From contig OX337234.1 in assembly GCA_946965045.2 (NCBI GenBank), forward strand, positions 2,542,001 through 2,606,000: a stretch of DNA of 64,000 nt, given 5' to 3'. Below, piece by piece: positions 31,936 to 43,453 of the stretch. The stretch comes from Epithemia pelagica (Eukaryota > Protista > Bacillariophyta). How positions within the stretch are numbered: the stretch's first letter is position 1; every line of letters starts with the position of its first letter. Below the pieces are notes generated by a model. The model was given only the letters and a program-made list of their open reading frames with translations. It made no database searches and was not told where the DNA came from. Position numbers and translations under genes: made by a program.

Positions 31936-33398
31936 TTAGCAGTATGCTTGTTGTCGTGTATACCCGATGCCAATGCTCATACGTAGAACAGAGTTCCATG
32001 TAGTGGGATAAACGGACTTGTGATAAACGTCCGCTCTGAAGATGATAATGTTGCCGTAGTCCAGTGAACAAAAAGTTGCACGACGCTTGACCTTTCCGTT
32101 ACCCCGGTGGCGGCTGCTAAACTCCATTCCACCACCACCAGAGTCTTTGCATAGACCAAATTGGATGATGATCGGGTAGAGGTAGGATGGAAATGATTTG
32201 TTGCCTGCCAGTTCTAATGCATCTTCAACGTCTCCTTCATGAGGCAGGTCAAGGTGGTATCCAGCTTCCTTGTCTTTGGGAGGATCTGAATGCCCTGAAT
32301 GACAAAAAGAGAACGTTTATTGGGGACGAAGTGCATGAGAGGATAGCAAGAAAAGTAGGGACAACATGTGAGTCGAGTGTGTGAAGTGTGAAGAAGGAAG
32401 CAGCAAGAAAAGTGGGGACACATTGCATGAAGTAAAAAGCAAGAAAAGTGGGGACAAAACGTGAGCCGAGTGTATGAAGCAGAGAACAGCAAGATAAGTG
32501 GGGACACATTGCACGAAATAAAAAGCAAGAAAAGTGGGGACAAAACGTGAGCCGAGTGTATGAAGCAGAGAACAGCAAGATAAGTGGGGACACATTGCAC
32601 GAAATAAAAAGCAAGAAAAGTGGGGACAAAACGTGAGCCGAGTGTATGAAGCAGAGAACAGCAAGATAAGTGGGGACACATTGCACGAAATAAAAAGCAA
32701 GAAAAGTGGGGACAAAACGTGAGCCCAAGAACAAAAAAGGTGAGAGACAACGACAGCAGCCAATGGAATAAGGACATGATAATGAGAGTATCAATCTGCT
32801 TACAGCTGAATAGGTATGGCGAGGCCCACTTGTGATGGGGAAATGATTTCTCAATCCACTTCCCAATAATCAGTGAAATCCATTCCAGTTGAGAGTCGCA
32901 GGCTGCTCCGAGTTCAGAGACGGGGCACAAGGGGAGCACAACGAACTGTGCTCCCTTGGTGTGGGCAAATCGATTCCAATGCCTGCCTTCCGCGCAGTGC
33001 ATGGCATCGTAGTAGAGTGTGTCTTGAATTTGGTGGTCGAGGGCATGCTGCATATATGCAAAACCCCTGCTGTTCAGCTGCCCCCATACATCGTCGCGTC
33101 GTACTCTGTAACAGAGATATTTCACTTGGATGTCGCAAACATCTTCAACAAACGGCGTGATCTTGGTTGCCTGTCCATCTGCATTTCTGCTTCGTGGATA
33201 TCTTTCTATATGACTTGGGACAGTAAGTGATTCCATCCATTCAAAAATTGCTTTTTTCATTTTTCGTTGCTTCTTCTTCTTCGCCGATTCATGACTTGGA
33301 CATGTATCAAAGTAGTTCCCTTCACCCAAAGTAAAAAGAGGGTGAGGGCCATAGGGAATCAATGGATTTCTTTTTGTTCGTTGAAGAGAGTTGTTCAT
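31936..33398 (-). CDS. 2OG-Fe(II) dioxygenase-superfamily protein (about 317 aa); exons 33398-32804 and 32294-31936; cargo of hAT no. 2
   Basis: GTAAGC donor at 32803 and CATTCAG acceptor at 32295 join in frame: YLFSWHSDPPKDKEAGYHLD (HxD)..IIIQFGL..GGGGMEF..GNIIIFRADVYH (distal His)..VLRMS (RxS). Confidence 0.72.
32403..32726. repeat. Minisatellite, 86-bp unit, about 3.8 copies, inside the cargo-gene intron
   Basis: GCAAGAAAAGTGGGGACAAAACGTGAGCC recurs at 32439, 32525, 32611 and 32697. Confidence 0.97.
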
Positions 33399-34365
33399 TG
33401 TGCATCTGTTTGATTGCCATTTCCTTGGTGTGATGTTCCAGGATGTAGAACTGGTGCAGGCACGTTGTACGTTGTCCAACGTGGAGGTGGGGGTGACCTA
33501 TGACTCGCGACTAACATGGCGGGATTCTTGGCAAGTACTACTCGAGTATACTCGAGTACTTGCGAGTATATACTCGATACTCATACTCTCTATACATTCT
33601 ATGGACGAGTAATCATTGATACTCGTACTCGTACAGCCAGGAGTGATTCAGTACTCGTACTCGAACGTGTAGGAGTACAGAAGTATATAATGAGTACTCG
33701 TACTCTCACATTTGGGCTGTACTCGATAATCATACTCTAGCTAATTTTAGGTCGATTACTGATCCCAGAGCAGGACAGACCATGAAAGAGTTGACAGGCA
33801 GACCACTAAAAGGCGGACACCTAGTCGGTGCCTTTACTTCTTAAGTTGTAAGGAAATCAAAGTAAAGTACAAAAGTAAAGTACTTTGTCAAAAATGGTAC
33901 TTTGGGCCTTTGAGTCCTTCCCGAGCTCCCACCTCTTTGCCATGCCGAGATGGTTTGTCTTTGATTGCAATGCTAACAGAGCAGAAGGACAAATAGAGAT
34001 AGAACAGTTTTCAGTTAACATTAGATTCGATCAATCCACAGAATAGATCTGCTTCATGTTGTGGGGGGAATAGGGTCACCCTCTTTCCACTCAGAGGTCA
34101 CTGACTTTGCTTCCAAAGAAAGTGGAGGCCGCATCCCAAAGATCCAACTCAAAGAACATTTGCAGGATTCCCGTTGGTCCTCCCTTAGCTCCCCCCAGGC
34201 CTGATCAGGTAGCACCATACAATCAGCCCACGGAGGGAAGGAGGCGGGCAACTCACAAAGAACTTCCAGCCAGAGCCAAAGGAGCAGGAGCCAGTGCCTT
34301 ACCATGTCGGCGTCTGGACATCCTGTTGGTCTCTGTACCCCCCACATCGAAGCCATCTTGTCCTC

Positions 34366-36027
34366 TCACATTTCTTGAGTGTAACGTAGAAATGGCGCCA
34401 GCAGCAACGTCGGATCTGTATATGTTTGATCCATTGGTCCTCCTTCTTTCCTTGTTCCTGACGATTCTTTAACACGCCATCTGTTGATGATGTCTGTGTC
34501 TGAGACTGATACATTCATCTCTTTAGCTCGCGTGTTGGATCCTCTTCTGAAAGACCGGAAGTTTGAATACTTGTTTACAATATCTTCTTCATCACCGATG
34601 GCGTGAGAAGGAAATAGGTGCGGCTTTTGGTTCCAAACTTGCATGAGATGGGAGTGAAATATCTCATCAATGTCTCGGGATGATATTTTCGTTCCATTTC
34701 GATGAGTCATCAACGGTCCCTTGGTCCTGTTATTGTCTTTGGAGAGAAGCACCGCTCGCCGAACCCACGTTCGGACTTCGATGCCACTTTTCGTGATGTC
34801 GCTACACGGCAGCAAATGCGCCCTCTCGACGTTTTCACCCTTGAATTGGCCCCACAGTGCTATTACCACACAACTGGCACGATGGCGCAAAGAATCTCCA
34901 TGACGTAGTAGCCCTTCCAAGTCTAGGAGGAAACCTTCTGGTCCTCTTAGAGACAACACATATGCCACCACGAAGAAAGTCCCTGCCATGACCTGCGTGT
35001 ATTGCCAGTCCAAGGATTGCGAGTTCACCACCGAGTGCTCAATCGAGTCGAGTACCGCTGATAAGAGATCGGGTGTGATAGCTTGATCCGGACGCCAGTC
35101 CTGTCCCATTCGCCTTTTGAGACCTTCAGCGAATCTTGAAAACCAAAGAGAGCCACTCTCGTCGTTGCCGATTCTACTCGCCGTTTTTCCATTGTTGTCC
35201 ACAAGTACCATCGAAGCCGAGTCCATTAACGTGGATGGGGTGGTTCGTACATAGTTCGAATAGGCTGACCGAATCCTCCTTACCGAGTCAAATTGCTTAT
35301 GGCTCTTGTGATATTTGCCTTGGTTTCTTGAGTCGTCAAGCATGAGGAACGCCAAATGATATCCACAATGATTGTGAGGAGGGAAGGGTGTCGCCCTCTC
35401 AAACGGGCCGTATGGGATTCCGACTTTTGCCGACCTTTCAATCATTTTTCTCACCAAGGCACCGTTCTGTTTTACCGTGCTGGATGCTCTGCTCCAAAAG
35501 GCATCGAGATTCATCCTTCGAATGCATAGCATAAGGTAGGTTTCTTGCACATCGCTGCGAATTGGATCTTGGAATCGCAGTTTGCGAAATATGCACAAGT
35601 CGCACTCGAAGGGGGTGATTAGATGGTCGCCCTTCCTTGCCTTCAGAAAGTCCTCCGATCGATCTCTAGTTTGATGTTTCCAACTTTCTGCGACTAGTCG
35701 GTCTTGATCGTCTTGTCCATAGGAGGTGTTTTTGCTAGCAATGTAGAATCCGTCATCTTCGTTCAAAGAATAACACTCTGGACACCATGCTTTCCGACAT
35801 GGTGGCCAGTTTCCAACACTGAATGCAAAGTTTCCGCAAAAGATCCCGTCCACCCAGTTCATCAATTTTCCACAGTTCTCGCAATTTCCTTTCCACTGCG
35901 AACATTTTTGGCGTCCTGCGCAGCTGCCATGGTTTTGACCTGAGAAAAGGAAAAGCAAAACCAACGATGAGTGGCTCATAATTTTCACGGGGCCAAAATG
36001 ATGTTCCGGCTGGGATTTCGATGACAA
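34366..36027 (-). CDS. Tyrosine recombinase with Cys-rich N-terminus; start uncertain
   Basis: LSLRGPEG (Arg), GQFKGE (Lys), FRSFRRG (HxxR-like), NRW, TYT (Tyr); CENC..CRKAWCPECY and CDLC. Confidence 0.85.
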   Translation of the reverse strand: MSSKSQPEHHFGPVKIMSHSSLVLLFLFSGQNHGSCAGRQKCSQWKGNCENCGKLMNWVDGIFCGNFAFSVGNWPPCRKAWCPECYSLNEDDGFYIASKNTSYGQDDQDRLVAESWKHQTRDRSEDFLKARKGDHLITPFECDLCIFRKLRFQDPIRSDVQETYLMLCIRRMNLDAFWSRASSTVKQNGALVRKMIERSAKVGIPYGPFERATPFPPHNHCGYHLAFLMLDDSRNQGKYHKSHKQFDSVRRIRSAYSNYVRTTPSTLMDSASMVLVDNNGKTASRIGNDESGSLWFSRFAEGLKRRMGQDWRPDQAITPDLLSAVLDSIEHSVVNSQSLDWQYTQVMAGTFFVVAYVLSLRGPEGFLLDLEGLLRHGDSLRHRASCVVIALWGQFKGENVERAHLLPCSDITKSGIEVRTWVRRAVLLSKDNNRTKGPLMTHRNGTKISSRDIDEIFHSHLMQVWNQKPHLFPSHAIGDEEDIVNKYSNFRSFRRGSNTRAKEMNVSVSDTDIINRWRVKESSGTRKEGGPMDQTYTDPTLLLAPFLRYTQEM

Positions 36028-39000
36028 GGTCGCAAGCTTTGTGCATTAGTCTGTACCACCGCGGGGTAAGCAGACGATGGCACAAGAATACATGAGTTGA
36101 TTTTGGTCTCTTGTGTCTGATCTTTCGGAGCTCCTCCAGGGCGGCATCCGCAGCGCCAGCTGGAGGGCTCCAGACAAAGTGTCCTGGCCTCAGTATGGGC
36201 AGGGACAGTTTGTTTGACTCCGTGGGCATTGTCCAGCCTCGAATGTCGTGGGCGGTTGTAAACCAGTCCATGGGGGTTAGCCATTCCGTCTTTGGCCCCA
36301 GCCAGGACTTGACCCATCCCATCAGGGAGTCCGACATCTGAATCGGTGTCTTGTGCAGAGGGATGAAAGAGAGCATTGGCTGGCCGGCCATGACACCCTC
36401 GTTTAGTTGACCTCTAGAAATTCCATCCACCCCCCATGCAATCATTCTCTTCCCCGAGACATGCGAAATATGCAGTCTCAGTGAATAGGCCATTTCAAGA
36501 CGTCGCAAACGAATTACAAGGTCGAGCAATTTAGGGCTGGAAGACGAGCCTTTATAGAAACATCTTTCGACTGTGGAGTTGTCTGTAAAGAAAAAGACCT
36601 CCGAAGACTTCAGCGACCCTTTGTTCGCTTCCTCTTCCAACGCTTCCACGCAGTTGGTGAATTCCCTCCAGTTTGAGGATTCTCCAACCACAACATCGCT
36701 GTCCCAAACTCCAATTCTGTATGATAACCCCTTTTGCGGTAATTGAATCGCCGAACCAAAACCGGCACCTGATGCATCTCCGGATCCGTACAAAGCTATG
36801 AAGATGGTTTCGCAGCGGACCTTTATGACTGGAGGGTCGTCACAGTCGAAGAGTGCCACCAGTGCCCCAACATCCGTTTTTAACCTTGGTACCCCGGATA
36901 TTTGAGGCGGAGGTTTGTCAGCGTTGTCACCGTCGTCACCAAAACCACACAGTGTGTCGTATTCACGTGCATCCAGTTTTTCTTGTAGCTCAGTAACCCA
37001 TTCTCTAGCTGAAAGTTTCCATCCTTCCGTGTTGCGTCCGCCTCGCCACATGTTTATTGATAGATAAAAGCCTTTGAGAAATGGCATCATGCACGCATAA
37101 GTCATTGCCAGATGGACTAGGAACCCAACATCGCGTTGCATTTGTTTGTGGGAGAAAGAGGGGGAGTCAGAGCTGTCGTAGGCTTTCTTGTACTGTTCGA
37201 TGATGGCCTTCCCCTTTTCCCACTTTGCTTGAGTGACTGTTTTCGACACAGCCGTGTCTGAAATATGTTGGACGGACCCAGCCCAAGCTCCCGGTGTTTT
37301 GGAGGGTGGTCGTCGCTTTCTGGGAGCGTCCTGGATTCCGAAGTATTGGAGGCGCGCAGCCAACTGTCGACCTACTTGCCAGGCATTTTCCGCCGAAGAT
37401 CCGATGATTCGAATGTCGTCCATGTAGGTGACAGAGTCCCCAGCAATGGAGTTTGTCCGCGAGTTCCATTTCATTATCCAAGGGCGTACCGGAGAGTAAT
37501 CAGCCGAGCCTGGAATATTGAAGCGAACCTCGTCAAATCCACATGGGTTGAAGAGATCGTGCGGGGATCCACGAGCAACTTCTTCGGCCAAGTAGAATTG
37601 TTCCACCGCATGAAACGGGCTGGGAAGCATGCCCATGAACAATCTATTCCACCGAACTTTGTCGGCGCAGCCAGCCTCCAAAAGATCCGAAGGGAACAAG
37701 TCCTTGATGGGTCGAAGATCAACTCCAGCAAATGGCCGCAAATTCAGGTCCATAGGAAAATTAAGAAACATTTCCCCTAGGTCCATATCGCCGCAGTAGG
37801 AGGCCGTCGTAAGCAGACGCAATGAAGTCTCCGCCGTCGGAAGCCAGAAGTTTGGTGCCCATAAGGAGTCGTTAAGGCCAGAACTGGTACCGTTGTATAC
37901 CATGCGTATATCAGTTTCACCCTAAGGCACATCAAAATAATCCGTTAGGCTAAGAATCGTTGCGTCCGTATCAAAATAACCGCGAGACAGGACCTTGGCG
38001 AGTTTTGCCGCCACACGAGGCCGAGAATCGGCGGTAGGAGCGCGCTGAGGCCGTTTGTTGTGTGGAAGAGGAGCTGTAACATGGATAGGGGTACCGAACC
38101 AGGCATCCCTTTGCTGTTGAAGACCGTTCCACCGCCAGAAGATGAGGGAGGAGCCCTGGTCCCAGTCCCACCAGGAGGCCGCCAGCAATTGAGAAAGGAC
38201 CGAGCGCCCAGCCACACAAACATCGTAAAGAGAAAAAGTATCACCCCCCCCCCCCCCCCCCCCCCTGGCGCTGTCGCGCCGCTGGTAGAAGCGACAGCCA
38301 CTCATTGCCAAACCGAGACCGCAGATAGTGAAGGAAACTGCGATACAAGGAACGTCGCCACCACCAAAGGCCAAGAAGACGAAAACCAGCGAGAGCCGCA
38401 TCGGTGAGCCAGGGAAAGACGCCCCGAATGCGGCCGTCCCACAAAGCATAAGGTGCCTCCGCGTCATCAGCCTTGGTAGCCTTGGTTGCAATCAAGGAGT
38501 CGTCCAGCCAAGCCGCATGTGGAAGAAAGGCACGAAGCGACGCAAACCAAGTGCCGAGCTGTCCATCTTTCGTAGCAGCGTCCACGGGAGGGGACGGCCG
38601 CGGCCGTTTTGTCATCGGAGGTGAATGGGGAGGAGGACCATCACGCTTTTCACCAGCCCGGTCGAGATGGTGGACATAGACGGGTTCCAAATGAGGAAGT
38701 GCTCCACCCAACACAGCAGCAGGGATCTTGATGGGGATGAAGCGGGCGCCCAAAACATGTGAGTGCCACCAAGCATGAGCCTCGGAAGTCGGCGACAACC
38801 ACAAGGGAAGATCGAAAGCGGCGCCCAACTCAGCAGGAGTGAGACATCGGTGGCCCCAGCCTGTCTTCAAAAATGTCGTAGGAACCAAAACGTGGCGTTT
38901 CAAGTCTCGGACGTAGAGCTGACTGTGCTGCGGATAACAAGGTTGCGACGGACCCACCGCAGAGCAAGAAACCGGCCGAATCGAATGATCAAGGATGGCC

Positions 39001-39623
39001 GAAATGGTACGCCGGACCTCCACTTGAAAATGCAATGGTGGAAGATTCTTGCGGCCGACCTGAACTCTTGCCGTGGTAATGCCCCCACAGCGAGTATGAT
39101 TCACGGTGAGCCACTGTACGCACGGAAGCGCAGGTCGAGTCCATCCTGAAGGCAAAAGGAGCAACACAGGCCAATCAGAAGGGATGTGGGGCAAAGTAGT
39201 CCCCAAGTAAGTCGGATCTCCTTCCACCAGGACCAACGAGATCAATCCTCGTCCCAAGATGAAGTTGATGCTAGGGACGAGATGAAGCTTGGGTTCTAAC
39301 TGCTGTGCGACCGCATGCCAGAAAGGGTTGGATCGTCGGGCTTCATAGTCGCTGGCAAGCATGTAGATTCCGCTCCAATCCCCGTTGTTAAGGGCCAAAC
39401 CCCAGTACCAAGAACTCTGTCCCAACAAGAGGCAAGAGACATCAGCACGGAAGGTTTTGACTCCGCGATCCACCATGCGTCGAACCGAACGTTGAAGCGT
39501 AACTTCACAGGGCGGATGAGGTCGAGCCCGAGGTTTCGTTGGACGTGGGGGAAGTTCCGTACTAATCGTAGAAGCCTCACTAAGAGCATCTAAATCAGCC
39601 GTGACAGATGGCGAAATCTCCAT
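35753..39623 (-). pseudogene. YR-element pol: C5-MTase-like N-terminal region + RT + RNase H, broken by a G22 frameshift (38244-38265) and a TAG (37922-37924)
   Basis: FDVP*GETDIRMVYNGT, DLGEMFLNF, FMGMLPSP, YMDD, GAWAG; RH GDASGAGFG, SSNWRE, TDN, GVDGISRG; three track ORFs join into one frame. Confidence 0.88.
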
Positions 39624-39647
39624 TCCTAATTTAGATGCTCCGTCCCA

Positions 39648-42099
39648 TCACGAATCGTTGTTGTTGTTGTTATTGCCACCACGACGCTTGTTGGCCTTCT
39701 TTAATTCCGCAACGTCCTTTTTAACGGAATCCACAGTGCTGTTGGCAGTATCCGCTGCTTTCTTCGCCGCTTGACAATCCTTGACCGTCACTTGCATGGT
39801 TTGTTTCATAGAGTCCACCTTGTCCTCCAGAGTTTTGAGCGATTCAAATCCGGAGTTAGTGGACAAGAATCGAATGTACTCGCTTGAAACAGACGGATGA
39901 TTTTTAAATCGTGCCGTTGAGTATTCAGCCATCACGTCATGTGTGCGAAGAACACCATAGAGAACCCAAGCACACTGTCCACTCTGATCCGAGGTCGAAA
40001 TGGACGAATAGACCTGAGCGCGCACTTTGTAAAGGTCCATAAAGAAACGACGAACAACTTGTGTTACCAAACTGAAAGCCTTTCGGGTGGTGAACTTCGA
40101 TTTCATGGTGAGTTCATTCATCGTTTCGTCGAAGTAATTGATCAACTCACGGCAACACCCAATCGAGACTGAGAGCATGGACGTAGCTAAGGCTCGAGCT
40201 TCCGGCTCCCCAGACATGGTGATTGCGATTTGCTCTCCAAACATGGAGTGCATTGTCCCGATCTTGTTTATGATTCGGTCTCGAACCCCAGTTTCCGGGG
40301 ACTCCCAATCTTCGTAGTCTTTCATTGCTGTCAAGAACGACGGATCTCGACCAGTTCCAGGCAAATCCTTATAGAAGATTTGCGGGAACTCTAGCTTCAT
40401 TGCGTAAAGCGCTCTTGCTTCGTTTGTTGTTGCAATTTGCATCTTGTGTTGCTTCTCCATTGTAGTCAACATGGAAAGGACATCACCATGTTCCTGAGCA
40501 GCGCACCATTCCAAGATCAAGGGCAAGTCAAAGAACCAACCGTATGCCCTGGACCCAAACTTCATTGCAACCCAGGCCTTGCAGTCATCCACTGTGGACA
40601 GTCCTAAGTTCCTGAACTTGATTGCCGTTGTATCCATCTTCGTTTTCAAGCGTTGAAAATCAGCCTGACCCTGTTGGAGAACAGCTTTGAGACCTTGTAT
40701 TTCTGCCTCGAGCTTACTGGTTTTGGCTAGCCAATCAATTTGCTGTTGCTGAGTTAGATTGCCAGAATTTCCCATTCCCATCGTAGAAAAAGCGCTATTG
40801 TTTCCCAAGTTCTGCTGAAGAGTCGAAACCGAATGCTCCACAGCAGAAACTCGCCCAATGAGCCCTTGAAGACCCTTCACCAAATTGGAACGAAGAGAGT
40901 CTATCATGGCTTTTGAATCCGAGGTCAAAGTCTGTAATTTGTTTCGAGATTCCAAATGCAAAGTCTTGAAATGAGCCGACGCGCTGTTGACCTGACTATC
41001 CAAATCATTGATCCTCGACTTTACAAAAGATTCTAAAGATCGTAGGGACTCTTGGCTCGATCCTTCCGTAGTTGAGTCACCACCCGTGATTGAATTGGTG
41101 ATGGCTTGAAGGACTCCCCAAATTGTAGGTGCCTGGAAATCTTCACTGATGTTTTCTCTCGGACCAATTTCCATGTGCAGTTTCTCGAGTTGAAGCCCCA
41201 AGGCTTCAACATTATCCACCACTTCTTTCTTCGCTTTAGCTTGGTCAGTGGAGATGGCGCGAATCAGTTCCCCAGCCTCCATCATAGAGTCTTCGATTTC
41301 TCGGAGCACCATTGGAATCATTATGGGATCTTCTCGGATTTTCGATGTTACTTCTTGAAGATTCCCACCCAAGATTTTTCGATGAGGAGAGAAGTTCTCA
41401 ACCACGAAGGATGGGTTCGAAGCAGTAAAACGTTTGGACACGGTGTACGGAGTAGCCGCATCGGTAATCTTGGTAACACGTGCTTCGGACTCTTCAAGAT
41501 CTTCATTTGAATCACCATCTTGCTTGATCGATGCGAAGCGTTTGATGGCCAATGATTTCTTCATCCAGTCGTCCACTGTATGCTTTTCTTGGAGAAGCTT
41601 GTTCTTGATCTCGGACGGAATGGAGTCAAGAGGGATAGCTGGAGAGCAGAATGCGGATGCAGAGTTTTTCATGATGAAACCTCCGCTGGTCTGGGTCAAG
41701 TCAAAAGGAGGCAAACCTGTTCCATGGTCCCCGGCTTTAGTGCACTTGGGGTCGATGCAAAAGGTGTTGCCTCCACGCTTGATGCCCAAACAGAGGAGCT
41801 TTTCCTGTGCTACTTCTTCTGAAAGAAAGGTAATGCCGAACTTACTTGTAGAAGAAAAGTCACCCGTGATGCCCGAAGGGTCCGCCATGGTCTTCGTAGG
41901 AGTAGCTGCCGATAGATCCGTAGTGGTAGAAGTAGGGAGAAAGGAAATTTGACCACTAGCCCCCCCCCCCCCCCTGAGCCCCGGCTCGAGCCGGGGCCCC
42001 GGCCATGCCCGGAGTGGCAATGGACGCAGAAGCAACCAGAGAGGAGAGGAGAGAATCTTCGTCCTCGGGAGGAGGAGCGTGAGACGGAGCGAAAGACAT
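39648..42099 (-). CDS. ORF1 (gag-like coiled-coil protein) of the YR element; probable 1-nt frameshift in G15 at 41960-41974
   Basis: 842-aa ORF with heptad-rich region and C/H cluster CLG..FC..C...H; the upstream frame MSFAPSHAPPPEDED..GAQGGGG joins across the G tract. Confidence 0.75.
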
Positions 42100-43453
42100 G
42101 GTAGACGACGAAAACGGAACGGAACGGGAGAAGGAAAAGCCCAAGTTACTCTTGTGAGGTGGTGGAACGCTGCCAAAGGAGATCAGACCTTTGCCAAACG
42201 AACGCTGAACCTGAGAAGAGTGAGCTCAGTGCGTTGTGGATTATAGTACGACTTTGGCTGCGATGACCCAATCGCCAGCCTAGCCTCATTGGATGGGATG
42301 GATGCATTGGAAGCCAAACCATCATTGTTGAAATGTTTCGCTTAACAAGCGAGATCAGTTGTCGGCAAGCCTCGGGTAGAATAGCTCTTTCACTCGTCAT
42401 TTGCCGTTCTCACATATCTTGTTGTTGTCGGCATGTGCAGATGTTTTCCAGTGAACGATCTTCCGAGTGAAGATACTGAAGCGTGACATCTCCCTGTGAC
42501 ATGTCTGTCGCTGGCCTGCCTCATGCCCTGCGTCGTTTCATATCAACACTTTGTTACATGGGGCAAGGAGGGCGTGGTCTTGGTCATGCTCTTGGTCCCC
42601 TTTTAACTTGGCTGTACATCGAGGTACTTCACAGCTCTGACGTCCAGACGTGGGACTGGCAGGGTGGGTTTCACAAAACCGTCCCCACTCCGTTGGGAAT
42701 CCCAGCGAGCCTGGCGACAGCATGCTTTGCAGCGGATAACTGATCTTGGAACTAATTCTACGAATACAATGGGGGAAAGTCACAATTCAAAGTAACGCCG
42801 ACTGTGCGATCAATCATCATCGACGGTGCCACTAAAGCCGTATTGCCCGTTGATGAGTGATGATCAGCGCACTTCAGATGCTTCCAGGTCGTTGACACTT
42901 GACACCCGCGATTCTTTGGTCCACAATGCATGATTACACATAGGTCGTCAGAGCATTGCTATGACGGAGCACACATGCCCTATTGCTGGACCTGGCGGAT
43001 TACTTGTTGCTGATGCAGTTTCAATCGCTATCGAACTGGATGTGGTTGCTGCAATGACTTGAAGAAATTGCATCATCGAGCCTTGGGCACCTAATGGCCA
43101 GCGCATCATGGTCTACTCTCTGTTAAGTACATCCGTGGATCGAAAGGACGGCCTTTTATTTTATGGACTGTCTGGACCAGGGAATACATTTGTATGAAAC
43201 AGGAGAAGTGAAGCTAGGCGGCATCCTACTCCAAGTCGTCATGGTTGCGACCATGATCCAGTGTTTGATGAAGGTGATGAGAGATTAGTTTTTTCTCTTA
43301 TCACTGGAGCGTCTTTGTCCCACAACTCATTCTGCTGCAAGTTGAAATGTACAAATAATACAATTGATCCTTGCTCAAGAGAGTCTGCAGAAGATTGTCA
43401 AGTCGACGATCAAAATCGGATGGTGGTTGTCACTTTGGTGGTTGTTCGAGGTA

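Larger units (their letters stand above)
28439..33768 (+). mobile_element. hAT DNA transposon no. 2 (5330 bp), 8-bp TSD AGCAGGAC, carrying a cargo gene
   Basis: TSD at 28431-28438 and 33769-33776; 17-bp TIR CTGGGATC(T/A)GTAATCGA; GAGTAC/GTACTC subterminal arrays at about 28450-28700 and 33530-33740. Confidence 0.93.
27338..33828. mobile_element. Outer non-autonomous TIR element hosting hAT no. 2; no TSD found
   Basis: 23-bp inverted repeats CCGACTAGGTGTCCGCTTCTTAG (27338-27360) and CTAAAAGGCGGACACCTAGTCGG (33806-33828), 2 mismatches. Confidence 0.65.
34366..42176 (-). mobile_element. DIRS-order tyrosine-recombinase retrotransposon (gag-like, pol, YR); termini not resolved
   Basis: Co-oriented ORF1, RT-RNase H and YR with overlapping pol/YR frames; no integrase. 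Confidence 0.9.

Noticed and set aside
32403-32726. CRISPR array
   Set aside because: Whole 86-bp units repeat with no unique spacers, no cas genes are present, and the array lies in a spliceosomal intron
32214-32866. Hydrophobic repeat proteins in three frames (421, 205 and 148 aa ORFs)
   Set aside because: Translations of the intronic minisatellite; splicing gives a coherent dioxygenase instead
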